A stretch of DNA of 64,000 nt from Dehalococcoidia bacterium (lineage in GTDB: Bacteria > Chloroflexota > Dehalococcoidia > Lucifugimonadales > UBA1127). The notes under the pieces are model-generated. The model ran no database searches. It saw nothing but the letters and a program-made list of their open reading frames with translations, and was not told the origin of the DNA. The stretch is from positions 2,131,979 to 2,195,978 of the forward strand of contig OZ244559.1 of the NCBI GenBank assembly GCA_965217675.1. Reading direction: 5' to 3'. Position 1 is the first letter of the stretch; each line of letters begins with the position of its first letter. The position numbers and the translations under genes were made by a program. Of this stretch, positions 17,322-26,850 are shown piece after piece.

Positions 17322-18146
17322 CTACGGAGGTTTGGTCGCAATGATCCGCAGTCGGACGTAGTCTGCTACCCACTGATCTCCGTGGTAGAGGCGGGGCTGC
17401 AACTCTTCCACAATCGCATTCACGATCTTCGGTCGTGCCTGAATCGGGACCCTCTCAAAGAACGTGCCGGCAAACATGTCCAGCCAACGCGCCAAGCCTT
17501 CGGAGCCTCCGGTCAGGGGAGTGGGACGCGGGAACAGGGTGGCCATGGTGGTGTTGAGGCCATGCCGCTTTAGCAAGCCCGTGTACGAGGGGATGTCTGG
17601 GAAGTACCAGGGGCTTCGCGGTCTTGGGGTGCCGTAGCCTGCATCGGTGATGCACCTGCGGATGGCGTCTACGATGGTGCTGACGTTGCCTTGCCCGCCT
17701 AGCTCGGCAATGAGCCTGCCTCCGGGCTTCAGGGCTCGACTTATGCCCGATACTACGCGCGTTGGGGGGCGCATCCAGTGTAGGGAGGCGTTGGAAAACA
17801 CGGCGTGGAAGTCGTTGTGGTACGTCATTGCCCGGGCATCCATCACTTCAAAACCGACACCGGGGAAATTCTGCCGAGCAAGGTTCACCATGGCCTCATC
17901 GCTGTCAATGCCCGTTACCGCACTACCCGCTTCCGCAATGGCCGACGTCAACTGACCGGTGCCGCAGCCGATATCCAGAATCTTCTCACCCGGCTTGGGC
18001 CCGAGCATTGACAAAAGGTCCGTGGCGAACTCCCAGACGAACGCAAAGTCGGTGTTGTAGGCTTCGGCACCCCACGGACCGCCGGTTGGGGATTGAAGGA
18101 GGTTGCCCTTCATGCCTGAACCCGTGCCAAGGGGCTCTTCTTTCAC
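17322..18146 (-). CDS. Class I SAM-dependent methyltransferase
   Basis: SAM motif I ILDIGCGTGQLT, post-I GGRLIAEL. GTG 18146 has GGAGGG 6 nt upstream. Confidence 0.8.
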   Translation of the reverse strand: MKEEPLGTGSGMKGNLLQSPTGGPWGAEAYNTDFAFVWEFATDLLSMLGPKPGEKILDIGCGTGQLTSAIAEAGSAVTGIDSDEAMVNLARQNFPGVGFEVMDARAMTYHNDFHAVFSNASLHWMRPPTRVVSGISRALKPGGRLIAELGGQGNVSTIVDAIRRCITDAGYGTPRPRSPWYFPDIPSYTGLLKRHGLNTTMATLFPRPTPLTGGSEGLARWLDMFAGTFFERVPIQARPKIVNAIVEELQPRLYHGDQWVADYVRLRIIATKPP

Positions 18147-18247
18147 TGCGGGCCCTCCGAATTTAGCTTTGAGACATAGTCAGCAATGAACGACTGAGAC
18201 AGCGAGCCGCTGGCGGTGGGGGGAGTGCGGTGAGGCGGGGTGGCTCG

Positions 18248-18613
18248 CTATGGGGTAGTAGCAGCGCACTCGTGGCAGGGGCAGGACTCACGGAGGGCGT
18301 CGAAGGGGTAGATGCCTGTATAGTGGGCGTCGCTCCAGAGGAACTGGAGGGCGTAGCGGCCTACGGGCATGTACTCGAGCGCAACGATGTCCTCGGGCAC
18401 CGTGGCGGGGTCTATCGAGTGCCTGCCCATGCCTTCGCCGACGCAGGTGGCGCAGTGGCAGCGCAGTCGCAGGTAGCGGTGGGGGTAGACGCTCTGATGG
18501 CCGTCCTTCCAGACTATGGTGATGGCGTCGTCACTCACGTCGACGCTGGCCGGAGTGGGCCTCGCGGCACCGCTGGACGCGGGCGGCGGCGAGTCGTCGT
18601 GAGGCTGGGTCAT
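18248..18613 (-). CDS. DUF971 domain protein (gamma-butyrobetaine hydroxylase N-terminal-like)
   Basis: ITIVWKDGHQSVYPHRYLRLRCHCATC ... YALQFLWSDAHYTGIYPF pattern typical of DUF971. Start lies 2 nt after the upstream MFS stop. Confidence 0.75.
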   Translation of the reverse strand: MTQPHDDSPPPASSGAARPTPASVDVSDDAITIVWKDGHQSVYPHRYLRLRCHCATCVGEGMGRHSIDPATVPEDIVALEYMPVGRYALQFLWSDAHYTGIYPFDALRESCPCHECAATTP

Positions 18614-18615
18614 CG

Positions 18616-19851
18616 CTAGGCCTCGACGGCTGCGGCGGGCGTGTTGCCCTTAATCCGGGAGCCCAAGACCGTGAGCAGGAAGGCGACTGACGCGGGCGCC
18701 GCCGCGTACAGGAAGACGAACTCCACTCCGTACGTGTCGGCCACTCGGCCGGAGATCCAGCCTGACATGGCTGCCAGCACGATGGACACGCCGAAGACGA
18801 AGGAGACCGTCGTGCCCTGCACGCCGCTGCCGACGACGTCCATGGCCGCTGCCAGCAGGATGGCCATCATGGGGAAGAGGAAGAGGCCCGTGAAGGCGAC
18901 AGCCACGAAGAATGCCGGCCCGCTTCCGGCGGTGAAGAGGCCCAGGGTCCCCATCGTCAAGCCCGCGAAGCCGATGGCCAGCACAAGGCGCCGCCCAAAC
19001 TGGTCCGAGAGGTAGCCGAGGACCGGCTGCGAGCCAATGCCCGCCACCTGCAGCAGCGACAGCAGCGCGCCCGTGGCCGTGGTGGACATCGCCAGGTCCT
19101 CGCGGGCGTAGATGGGCAGGAAGCTCATGATGCCGATCTGCGCACCGCTAAAGCAGGCCGTCGTCGCGAGCACCAGCAGAAGGCGGGGGTTGCCCAGAGC
19201 GGCCTTGACGCCGCCGAAGTAGCGCTTCGTCGTCGTCTCTTCGGACATGGACGGGATGGACTTCAGGAGCAGGTAGATGCCGATGCCCATGAGGACGGCG
19301 GGAATCAGGGCCAGCTCCAGCACCGTGCGCCACGCCAGGAAGCCGATGAGGAATCCCGTCAAGATGGGCCCCACGGCCTCGCCGATGCTGCCGCCGGTGC
19401 CGTGCATCGCGACGGCGAACCCGCGCTTGTCGGGGTAGCGAACCGAGAGGGCGGCGAGGGCCGGCGGGTGCCAGAAGGTGATGGCCATGCTGAGGAGCGT
19501 CATGGAGATGACGGCCATCAAGAAGGTGGTCGACATGCCGACCAGGAACATCGACACACCCACGCCGATGAGCGTAAGGGCGAGCACCGCGGCCCACTTG
19601 CCGGAGTACCTGTCGGAGACGAAGCCCGCCGGGAGGTTTATCAGCCCGCCGAAGACGCTCCGGGTGGAGGTGAGCAAGCCGATGCTGGTGTTGGTGAGCC
19701 CGAGAGAGGACTTGAGCTCCGGCAGGATGAGCATCGAACCGGCGTTGAAGACGTGCTTGACGGCGTGGCCAGCCACCACCGCGATGAGCACGAGCATTCG
19801 ATTGTCTACCTGGACGCCAATGGGACGGGGAGCGGCGGTCGTCTGGGCCAT
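18616..19851 (-). CDS. MFS transporter
   Basis: 411 aa, about 12 hydrophobic segments. Paralog of 20011-21234. Confidence 0.85.
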   Translation of the reverse strand: MAQTTAAPRPIGVQVDNRMLVLIAVVAGHAVKHVFNAGSMLILPELKSSLGLTNTSIGLLTSTRSVFGGLINLPAGFVSDRYSGKWAAVLALTLIGVGVSMFLVGMSTTFLMAVISMTLLSMAITFWHPPALAALSVRYPDKRGFAVAMHGTGGSIGEAVGPILTGFLIGFLAWRTVLELALIPAVLMGIGIYLLLKSIPSMSEETTTKRYFGGVKAALGNPRLLLVLATTACFSGAQIGIMSFLPIYAREDLAMSTTATGALLSLLQVAGIGSQPVLGYLSDQFGRRLVLAIGFAGLTMGTLGLFTAGSGPAFFVAVAFTGLFLFPMMAILLAAAMDVVGSGVQGTTVSFVFGVSIVLAAMSGWISGRVADTYGVEFVFLYAAAPASVAFLLTVLGSRIKGNTPAAAVEA

Positions 19852-20010
19852 TGTTCACCTAGAATCGAGTTTGGAGCCGGGACACGCGGCAGGGCGGCGC
19901 CATCGGAGAACGTTCGGCGGAGCCTCGGAGCGCACCCGCAAATATACCTGTACGGCGGCTGCCGCGTCAATTGAAGCGGGGGCGAGCCAAGGCAACCACG
20001 AGGGTTGCCC

Positions 20011-21234
20011 CTACGAGGCGGGGCGGCCGCCGCGCAGCCGTCCGCCGAGCACGGTGAAGAGGAAGGCGAGGCTCGCGGGGGCGGCCGCGTAGAGGAAGAC
20101 GGCGTCCACACCGTAGGTGTCGGCGACGCGGCCTGCAATCCACGGGGACACGGCGGCGAGAACGATGCCCACGCCAAAGATGATGGATGCAGTCGTGCCC
20201 TGCACGGCACTCCCGACAATGTCCATGCCCAAGGCGAGGATGATGGCCATCATCGGGAAGAGGAAGAGGCCCGTCATGCCGACGGCGAGGTAGAATGCCA
20301 ACCCCTCTCCGGAAACGTAGAGCGCCAGCGTCCCCAGCGTCAGGCCTAGCAAGCCGAGCGCGAGCACCAACCGGCGGCCCACCCGGTCGGAGAGGTAGCC
20401 GAGGACCGGTTGGGAACCGATGCCCGCAATCTGCAGGAAGGACAGCATGGCGCCAGTGGCCGTGGGGGACAGGCCGAGGTCCTCGCGGGCGTAGATGGGG
20501 AGGAAGCTCGTGATGGCTATCTGCGTGCCGCTGAAGCAGGCCGCAGTGCCCAGGACCAATAGCAGGCGGGTGTTCCGCAGCACGGATCTCACGGCCGCAA
20601 AGTACCCCCTCGCGGTTGCTTCATTCGCAAGTGCAGGGGCGGCCCTCACGAGCAGGTAAATGCCTATGCCCATCAGCAACGCGGGAATGATGCTGAACTG
20701 CAGCACCGTTCGCCATAGCATGAAGCCCAACAGGAAGCCGAGGAGCGCCGGCCCTACAGCCTCGCCGATGCTCCCGCCCATGCCGTGCATCCCGATGGCG
20801 AAGCCGCGCCTGTCCGGGTACTGGCCGGAAACGGTGGCAAGGGCCGGAGGGTGCCAGAGGACAATGACCATGCCGAGAAGCGTTATCGAGACCAGGGCCA
20901 TCCAAAAGGTGGTGGACACGCCAACCAGGAACATGCACACGCCGAGGCCAAGGACGGAGACGCCAAGGATGCCTGCCAATTTGCCGGCAAACCGGTCCGC
21001 GACGAATCCGGCGGGAAAGCTGATCAGACCGCTAAAGATGTCTCGCGTAGCGGCGATGAGGCCGACGCCGGTATTGCTGATGCCCAGCGCGGCCTTGAGC
21101 TCCGGCAGAATCAGCAAGGCGCCGGAGAGAAAGATATGGTTCGTCGCGTGGCCTGCGACTGCGGCCACGAGCACAAGCATGCGGCTCTGGACGCGAAGGC
21201 CGAGCAGTCTCTTTGTGGTGTCGGACCGTGCCAT
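20011..21234 (-). CDS. MFS transporter (tandem paralog)
   Basis: 407 aa, alignable end to end with 18616-19851 (for example LILPELK, WHPPALA, GSIGEAVGP, LMGIGIYLL are shared). Confidence 0.85.
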   Translation of the reverse strand: MARSDTTKRLLGLRVQSRMLVLVAAVAGHATNHIFLSGALLILPELKAALGISNTGVGLIAATRDIFSGLISFPAGFVADRFAGKLAGILGVSVLGLGVCMFLVGVSTTFWMALVSITLLGMVIVLWHPPALATVSGQYPDRRGFAIGMHGMGGSIGEAVGPALLGFLLGFMLWRTVLQFSIIPALLMGIGIYLLVRAAPALANEATARGYFAAVRSVLRNTRLLLVLGTAACFSGTQIAITSFLPIYAREDLGLSPTATGAMLSFLQIAGIGSQPVLGYLSDRVGRRLVLALGLLGLTLGTLALYVSGEGLAFYLAVGMTGLFLFPMMAIILALGMDIVGSAVQGTTASIIFGVGIVLAAVSPWIAGRVADTYGVDAVFLYAAAPASLAFLFTVLGGRLRGGRPAS

Positions 21235-21391
21235 TCTTCACCAACTCCAGAATGCTAGAGACATCGAGCGGAGCGACGGCGCCATTGTGGGCGAATGCTC
21301 GGAGAGCATCACGCGCTCCCACAACAGGCGACGCACACTGCGTTGACCCGGGCTCGAAATGCTCCGTGGCGCGCGTTTCTGGACAACTGCG

Positions 21392-22507
21392 CTAGAGGAA
21401 GCGCTCAAGCCCCAAGGGGCCGATGGGCAGCTCTGTGCGGCCGTTTACGATGAGGTCCGCCGTCGCCATGCCGATCGCCGGGGCGGCGAGGATGCCCTTG
21501 CGGCCGCCGCCCGTCGCGAAATAGACGCCCCGCACCCCGGGGACAGGGCCGATGATGGGGGCACTGTCGGGCGTGACCGGGCGGAGGCAGGCGGTGTGCA
21601 ACTCGACGTGGCCCTCGGTGATGGCGGGAAAGACGCGTTTGGCACCCTCCATGATGCGCTCCGCAGCGGATGAGGACGGCTCCCGATCGAAACCCACTTC
21701 GTCCTCCGTAGTACCGGTCCACAGCAGGCCGCTGGGCTTTCTCACCAGGTAGCTGTGCTGCCAGCCGATATGCGCCTGCGCCGGCATTGTGTCCGTCCGA
21801 ATGCGCAGGATCTCGCCCTTCAGGGGACGGACCGGGACGGTCACGCCAAGCCACTCGTGCAGAAACGCCGACCAGGGACCCATCGCGAGCACGACGTTGT
21901 TGCATGCTATCTCGCCGTCGGCAAGCTGCACGCCAGTGACGCGGTCGCCGTCCCACTGCAGACCTCGAACGTCGCCAATCCGCAACTCGGCGCCACGGTC
22001 CTCGGCGGCGAGCATCAGCGACTTGGTCAGCGTGTCGCTGTCGAGGAGCCACGTGTGCCTCGTCAGCATGCCGCCAAGGACTCCCTGCCCGATGCCGGGC
22101 TCAAGCTCGCGCACCTGCTTGTCGTCAAGCCACTCGACCGTGAACCCGTTGGACTCCTGCGTTGCACGCAATTGTCGCAGGGCTTCCAGGTCGTCGGGCT
22201 CCAGGGCGACTGTGAGGATGTCCTTCTCGGCAAGGTGGCTGTCGAGGCCGGTAGCCTCGGTCAAGACGGGGTAGAGCTCGTGGTGCAGGCGAAGGCTCTC
22301 CTTGACCAGGGGGAAGAATGGGCCGTCCATGCCGGGGCCTGACATGATGTAGAGGCCCCCCTGCGCGAAGCCGGACGCCGACCCCGCCACCTCCTCGCGC
22401 TCCACCACGACGGGCCTCACGCCCATGGTGGTCAGGTAGTAGGCCACGGCACACCCAGCGATGCCCCCACCCACGATGACAACGTCCGCCGTTCCTCCGC
22501 TCTGCAT
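21392..22507 (-). CDS. FAD-dependent oxidoreductase (DAO/glycine-sarcosine oxidase-like family)
   Basis: VVIVGGGIAGCAVAYYL dinucleotide-binding motif, with length and C-terminal GGGRKGI typical of the DAO family. ATG 22507 has GGAGG upstream; the ORF-track start 22585 is unlikely. Confidence 0.85.
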   Translation of the reverse strand: MQSGGTADVVIVGGGIAGCAVAYYLTTMGVRPVVVEREEVAGSASGFAQGGLYIMSGPGMDGPFFPLVKESLRLHHELYPVLTEATGLDSHLAEKDILTVALEPDDLEALRQLRATQESNGFTVEWLDDKQVRELEPGIGQGVLGGMLTRHTWLLDSDTLTKSLMLAAEDRGAELRIGDVRGLQWDGDRVTGVQLADGEIACNNVVLAMGPWSAFLHEWLGVTVPVRPLKGEILRIRTDTMPAQAHIGWQHSYLVRKPSGLLWTGTTEDEVGFDREPSSSAAERIMEGAKRVFPAITEGHVELHTACLRPVTPDSAPIIGPVPGVRGVYFATGGGRKGILAAPAIGMATADLIVNGRTELPIGPLGLERFL

Positions 22508-22623
22508 ATCGCCTCCTTCACATTCGACAGTACCCGCGCATCGATGATAGCAAATTCCCTTCCTTTCGATGTCTCGTTCTGGCACACTAACGCTGCATCA
22601 ACCAGTGTCGCCGCAGGGGGGTC

Positions 22624-23451
22624 ATGCTGCGTCTCGGGTGGTTCAGCACCGGCAGGGGTGAAGGGTCACGGGGCCTTTTCACCTGCGTCAAAGACGCCAT
22701 CGACCGGGGGGAACTCGCCGCGGAGATCGCCTTCGTATTCTGCAATCGTGAGGCAGGAGAGCACGTGGGCAGCGACGCCTACATGGCATTGGTGCGCTCC
22801 CACGGCATCCCGGTAGTCGCGCTCTCGTCGCAGCGCTTCCGTCGAGAGCGGGGCGCCGCCCGCTTTGCCGAGGTACGCGAGGCTTACGACGACGAGACCT
22901 TCGCCCTCCTCGACGGGCACACAGCAGACCTCCACGTTACGGCGGGATACGGGCTGATCTTCGGGGCGGCCATGGCGCGGAGCCGGCCCGCACTGAACCT
23001 GCATCCGGCGTCGCCCGAGGGACCCGTCGGCACCTGGCAGCAGGTCATCTGGCAGCTCATAGAGTCGCGGGCCGAGGAATCCGGCGCCTTCACGCACCTG
23101 GCAACGGAGGACCTGGATCGCGGGCCGGTGGTGACGTACGTCACTTTCCCCATCCGTGGCGGGGACTTTGATGGTCTCTGGGCGCAGGCCGAAGCCTCGT
23201 CCGTGTCGGAGTTTCAGGCGACACAGGGTGAGGAAACCCCGCTCTTCCAGGCCATCCGACAGCAAGGCGTCGTGCGCGAGAGGCCGCTGCTGCTGGAGAC
23301 GCTGAAGGCGCTTGCGGAGGGCCGGATGCGGGTCGCTGGTCAGGGCATTGTTGATGCGGATGGTCGCGCCGCCGGGCCGCTTTGCCTGAACACGGAGGTG
23401 GAGCTGGCTGTGGCGACGGCCAGGCAACCCACGCCGGGGTCGCAGGCGTGA
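22624..23451 (+). CDS. Formyltransferase family protein (PurN-like N-terminal domain)
   Basis: Formyl_trans_N-like layout: [22 protein letters not shown] in place of [15 protein letters not shown]. Confidence 0.65.
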   Translation: MLRLGWFSTGRGEGSRGLFTCVKDAIDRGELAAEIAFVFCNREAGEHVGSDAYMALVRSHGIPVVALSSQRFRRERGAARFAEVREAYDDETFALLDGHTADLHVTAGYGLIFGAAMARSRPALNLHPASPEGPVGTWQQVIWQLIESRAEESGAFTHLATEDLDRGPVVTYVTFPIRGGDFDGLWAQAEASSVSEFQATQGEETPLFQAIRQQGVVRERPLLLETLKALAEGRMRVAGQGIVDADGRAAGPLCLNTEVELAVATARQPTPGSQA

Positions 23452-24452
23452 TATCCGCTCGGCCCGCCGGGGTCCTCATTATGCTGGCGGCGCTGGCCGT
23501 CGTCATTGCGTGCGGGCCCTCGGCGGAGGAGATCGACGCGACGACGACCGCCAAGATCGCGACAGCCGTCGCCGGCTTGCCCGATCCTGCAGCCCTACCA
23601 ACGGCAACACCCATCGCCTTCCCGACGCCGCCGCCGACGCCAACACCCATCGCTCTGCCCACGCCGCTACCGACAGCGACGCCGGCCACCTTCCCCACGC
23701 CGCTGCCGACGGCGACGGCCATCGCCTTGCCGACTCCACTGCCGACGCCAACGCCCTTCGCGCTCCCGACGCCGCTGCCAACGGCTACGCCGGTCACCTT
23801 TCCAACCCCGTTGCCGACTGCCACGCCGCAAGTCCTCGACCCTGACGTGGGCCCTGACGCATCCGCCCTGTACCAGCAGGTTGCAGGCTCCGTGCTGTAC
23901 ATCGAGACGCCGTCCGGCGCCGGCACGGGGTGGGTTGTTCGAGAAGGGCTCATTGTCACCAACCAGCACGTGGTGAACGGAGAGGATGCCGTGACCGTGC
24001 GCCACGCCTTCCTGCCGCCGTTCCGGGCGGAGGTCGTGTTCACTGACGCGGTTATAGACGTGGCCTTCATCTCCTACAACACGGAAACCACCACGCTCGA
24101 GCCGCTGCCGACGCGACTTGTGAACGGCGCCAACCTGGGTGAGACGATGCTGGTGCTGGGCTACTCTTCAATCGGCGTGCAGGAAGACGGGACAGTGGGC
24201 AGGGCAGCTATCAAGCGAGGCGTGCTCTCGCAGATCGTGAGCTTCGGAGACCAAGGGGGCCGCCGGCTGCGCATAGACGCGGCCGTCGACCCGGGCGACA
24301 GCGGGGGGCCGGTTCTGGACACGGAGGGGCGCGTTGTGGGCATGAGCAAGGGTGTCGTGGAAGTGGACGAGACCGGACGGCGCATCGTGGGCATTTTCTA
24401 CGCGGTGCACATGGAGGAGATCGAAGCGCTGCTGGCCCAATTCGAGGGTTAG
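23448..24452 (+). CDS. Trypsin-like serine protease (S1 family) lipoprotein with Pro/Thr-rich repeat linker
   Basis: Catalytic His (VTNQHVV), Asp (DVAFI), Ser (GDSGGPV). Signal peptide with lipobox VIAC. GTG 23448 overlaps the preceding TGA stop (GTGA). Confidence 0.8.
   Translation: MISARPAGVLIMLAALAVVIACGPSAEEIDATTTAKIATAVAGLPDPAALPTATPIAFPTPPPTPTPIALPTPLPTATPATFPTPLPTATAIALPTPLPTPTPFALPTPLPTATPVTFPTPLPTATPQVLDPDVGPDASALYQQVAGSVLYIETPSGAGTGWVVREGLIVTNQHVVNGEDAVTVRHAFLPPFRAEVVFTDAVIDVAFISYNTETTTLEPLPTRLVNGANLGETMLVLGYSSIGVQEDGTVGRAAIKRGVLSQIVSFGDQGGRRLRIDAAVDPGDSGGPVLDTEGRVVGMSKGVVEVDETGRRIVGIFYAVHMEEIEALLAQFEG
23613..23828 (+). repeat. Six in-frame 36-bp tandem repeats inside the protease gene
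   Basis: Encodes [12 protein letters not shown] / [12 protein letters not shown] / [12 protein letters not shown] / [12 protein letters not shown] / [12 protein letters not shown] / [12 protein letters not shown]. Confidence 0.85.
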
Positions 24453-24453
24453 G

Positions 24454-24972
24454 CTACTCCAGCACGATATCGCCGCTTTGTCCGCCGCTCTTGCGCACCA
24501 GCCGAACGCCATCGAAGCGAATGGCCCGGTCGACTGCCTTGCACATGTCGTAGACGGTGAGGGCGGCGACGCAGACCGCGGTCATCGCTTCCATCTCCAC
24601 GCCGGTCTGCGCGGTGGTGGCGACGGTCGCGGTGATATGCACGGCGGAGGCGGCCTCGTCCGGCTGCAGGTCCACGGCGACGCGGGTCAGGGGGATGGGG
24701 TGGCAGAGGGGGATGAGCGACGGCGTCTGCTTGGCCGCCATGATGCCTGCGATGCGGGCCGTCGCGAGGGCGTCGCCCTTCTCGAGCTCGCCGGCGATGA
24801 TGAGCGCGAGGGTCTCCGGCTGCATGACGACGCTGCCGACGGCAGTGGCCTCGCGGCGAGTGGCGGGCTTGGCGCCGACGTCGACCATGCGGGCGTGGCC
24901 GGCGTCATCGAGGTGCGTCAGCTGCGCGTCCTTGCCGGTGGATGACTCTTGCCGCTGTGGATCATATGTCAT
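24454..24972 (-). CDS. moaC: Cyclic pyranopterin monophosphate synthase MoaC
   Basis: 172 aa, MVDVGAK...[20 protein letters not shown] motifs. AAGGAG SD. Confidence 0.9.
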   Translation of the reverse strand: MTYDPQRQESSTGKDAQLTHLDDAGHARMVDVGAKPATRREATAVGSVVMQPETLALIIAGELEKGDALATARIAGIMAAKQTPSLIPLCHPIPLTRVAVDLQPDEAASAVHITATVATTAQTGVEMEAMTAVCVAALTVYDMCKAVDRAIRFDGVRLVRKSGGQSGDIVLE

Positions 24973-25020
24973 GGGCGGCTCCTTGTCGCCTTGGGGCTCA
25001 ACGACGATTCGAACGGTTGC

Positions 25021-25155
25021 CTAGTGGGCCGGAACCGGAGGAACAGCGGGCCGGGGCGGCGGCAGGAGCGTGTCGGGCGGCGGGTTATACGTGTACCCTC
25101 GCCGCGGCGGAATCTCCTCATTCCACTTCCAGCCCTTGAAGATCCAGTCGAGCAT
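25021..25155 (-). CDS. Possible small Trp/Pro-rich ORF (44 aa) between moaA and moaC
   Basis: ATG 25155 lies 11 nt after the moaA stop, with AAAGGGAA just upstream. Reads MLDWIFKGWKWNEEIPPRRGYTYNPPPDTLLPPPRPAVPPVPAH and stops at TAG 25021-25023. Confidence 0.3.
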   Translation of the reverse strand: MLDWIFKGWKWNEEIPPRRGYTYNPPPDTLLPPPRPAVPPVPAH

Positions 25156-25166
25156 GTCTGTTCCCT

Positions 25167-26198
25167 TTACCCGCCTATCTTGTACATCTCGACCTTGCGG
25201 GGCGAGCCGTAGTTGGGGTCGGCGCGGAGGGCCCGCCGCAGGGAGGCGCGAAGCTCCGAGTAGCGGTCCTCCCGGTTGTTCCAGAGGCCCTCGATGATGG
25301 CGGTGAGCTCGGCGTCGGTGGCGGCGTCACGCATGGGCCCCATGAGGTCCGTTCCCTCGGTGCCGAACAGGCACGTGTAGAGCTTGCCGTCGGTGGAGAG
25401 ACGGGCCCTCGAGCAATCGCCGCAGAACGGGGCCGAGACCGAGGCGATGACGCCAATCTCGCCGTCGCCGTCCGCATAGCGCCAGCGCTGGGCAACCTCG
25501 CCGGTGTAGTTGGGGCTGGCGGGCTCCAGGGGAAGCTCCGCGCTGATGCGCTCGAGTATCTCCTTGGCCGGCACGACCTGCGACTCATCCCAGTCGTTGA
25601 GGTTGCCGACGTCCATGAACTCGATGAAGCGGGCGATGTAGCCTCGCTCCTTGCACCACAGCGCCAAGTCGACGAGGGTGTGGTCGTTGACGCCACGCAC
25701 GACGACGCAGTTGATCTTGATGGGCGTCAGTCCGGCGTCGGCAGCGGACTGAATGCCTTCCAGCACCCGGTCGACGCTGTGGCCGAGGCCGTTGAGCTGG
25801 CCAAAAATCTCCGGATCCAGCGAGTCCAGGCTCACCGTGACGCGGGAGAGGCCAGCGTCCTTGAGCGGCTGCGCATGGCGAGACAAGAGGTAGCCGTTGG
25901 TGGTCATCGCCATGTCCTGCACGCCTGCGATGCCGGCCAGCATGGCGATGAGCTTCTCAAGGTCGGCGCGCACCAGTGGCTCGCCGCCCGTAATGCGAAG
26001 CTTGGTGACGCCGAGACCCACGAAGAGTGACGCCAAGCGTGTAATCTCTTCGAAGCTGAGCACCTGCGCCTTGGACAGGAACTTGTAGCGCTCGCCGAAG
26101 ACTTCCGCGGGCATGCAGTAGGGGCACCGGAAATTGCACCGGTCCGTCACCGAGATGCGAAGGTCTTTGAGAGGCCTGTTCAGCGTGTCCAACGGCAA
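25167..26198 (-). CDS. moaA: GTP 3',8-cyclase MoaA (radical SAM)
   Basis: CNFRCPYCMP Cx3Cx2C cluster, GGEPLVR, C-terminal CGDCSRARL cluster. TTG 26198 with TAGGAGGG SD. Confidence 0.9.
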   Translation of the reverse strand: MPLDTLNRPLKDLRISVTDRCNFRCPYCMPAEVFGERYKFLSKAQVLSFEEITRLASLFVGLGVTKLRITGGEPLVRADLEKLIAMLAGIAGVQDMAMTTNGYLLSRHAQPLKDAGLSRVTVSLDSLDPEIFGQLNGLGHSVDRVLEGIQSAADAGLTPIKINCVVVRGVNDHTLVDLALWCKERGYIARFIEFMDVGNLNDWDESQVVPAKEILERISAELPLEPASPNYTGEVAQRWRYADGDGEIGVIASVSAPFCGDCSRARLSTDGKLYTCLFGTEGTDLMGPMRDAATDAELTAIIEGLWNNREDRYSELRASLRRALRADPNYGSPRKVEMYKIGG

Positions 26199-26208
26199 TG
26201 GAACCCTC

Positions 26209-26850
26209 CTACGTGGCCCCGTCCGGCGATGGCTTTCGGGCGGCGATCTCCCTCAGTAGGGACGCCGCCTTCCTGGCTGCCCTCGCGCGGTGACTAACCT
26301 GGTTCTTCTCCTCCAGGGAGAGCTCAGCCACGGTCTTGTCGTACTCGGGTAGATAGAAGACGGGGTCATAGCCAAAGCCGCCTTCTCCACGGGGCTCATA
26401 GTTAATGATACCAGAACACGCGCCCTCACAGGTGACGGTGGTCTCGCCGGGGGCCGCCAGAGCGAGCACGCAACGATAGCGCGCCGTTCGGCGTTGCCAC
26501 GGAGTCTCGCGGAGGCGCCGGAGGACGAGGGCCGTCCGATCATCGTCGGTGGCGTCATCGCCGGCGAAGCGCCGCGAGTGGACGCCGGGCGCGCCGTCGA
26601 GGGCGTCGACCTCCAACCCAGAGTCATCGGCCATGGTCAGGAGACCGCTCATTTGGGCGTAGGTCTCGGCCTTAATGACGGCGTTGCCCTCAAAGGTATC
26701 CGCGGGTTCCTCAATCTCGGTCGGCAGGCCGAGGTCACGCAGAGAGACGAGGGTATAGGGAATGCCACGGAGCAGCTCCGCCAATTCAAGGACCTTGCCC
26801 GGGTTTCCGGTTGCGACCAGCAGTCTGCGTTCCACGCGGCCCTCCCGCAT
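26209..26850 (-). CDS. rdgB: Non-canonical purine NTP pyrophosphatase (RdgB/HAM1 family)
   Basis: VATGNPGKVLEL, FGYDPVF, SHRARA motifs. Confidence 0.9.
   Translation of the reverse strand: MREGRVERRLLVATGNPGKVLELAELLRGIPYTLVSLRDLGLPTEIEEPADTFEGNAVIKAETYAQMSGLLTMADDSGLEVDALDGAPGVHSRRFAGDDATDDDRTALVLRRLRETPWQRRTARYRCVLALAAPGETTVTCEGACSGIINYEPRGEGGFGYDPVFYLPEYDKTVAELSLEEKNQVSHRARAARKAASLLREIAARKPSPDGAT

Noticed and set aside
17044-17361. Short overlapping plus-strand ORFs (17044-17361, 17063-17344, 17112-17303) and minus-strand 16871-17113 in the gap between the DUF3800 and methyltransferase genes
   Set aside because: They overlap one another in different frames, run across the palindromes and G-runs, have no SD, and show Gly/Arg/Trp-rich composition. 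The region is better explained as non-coding.
23613-23828. Regularly spaced 36-bp repeats that could superficially suggest a CRISPR array
   Set aside because: The repeats are contiguous with no spacers. They are in frame inside a protease gene and encode a Pro/Thr linker. No cas genes are present in the window.
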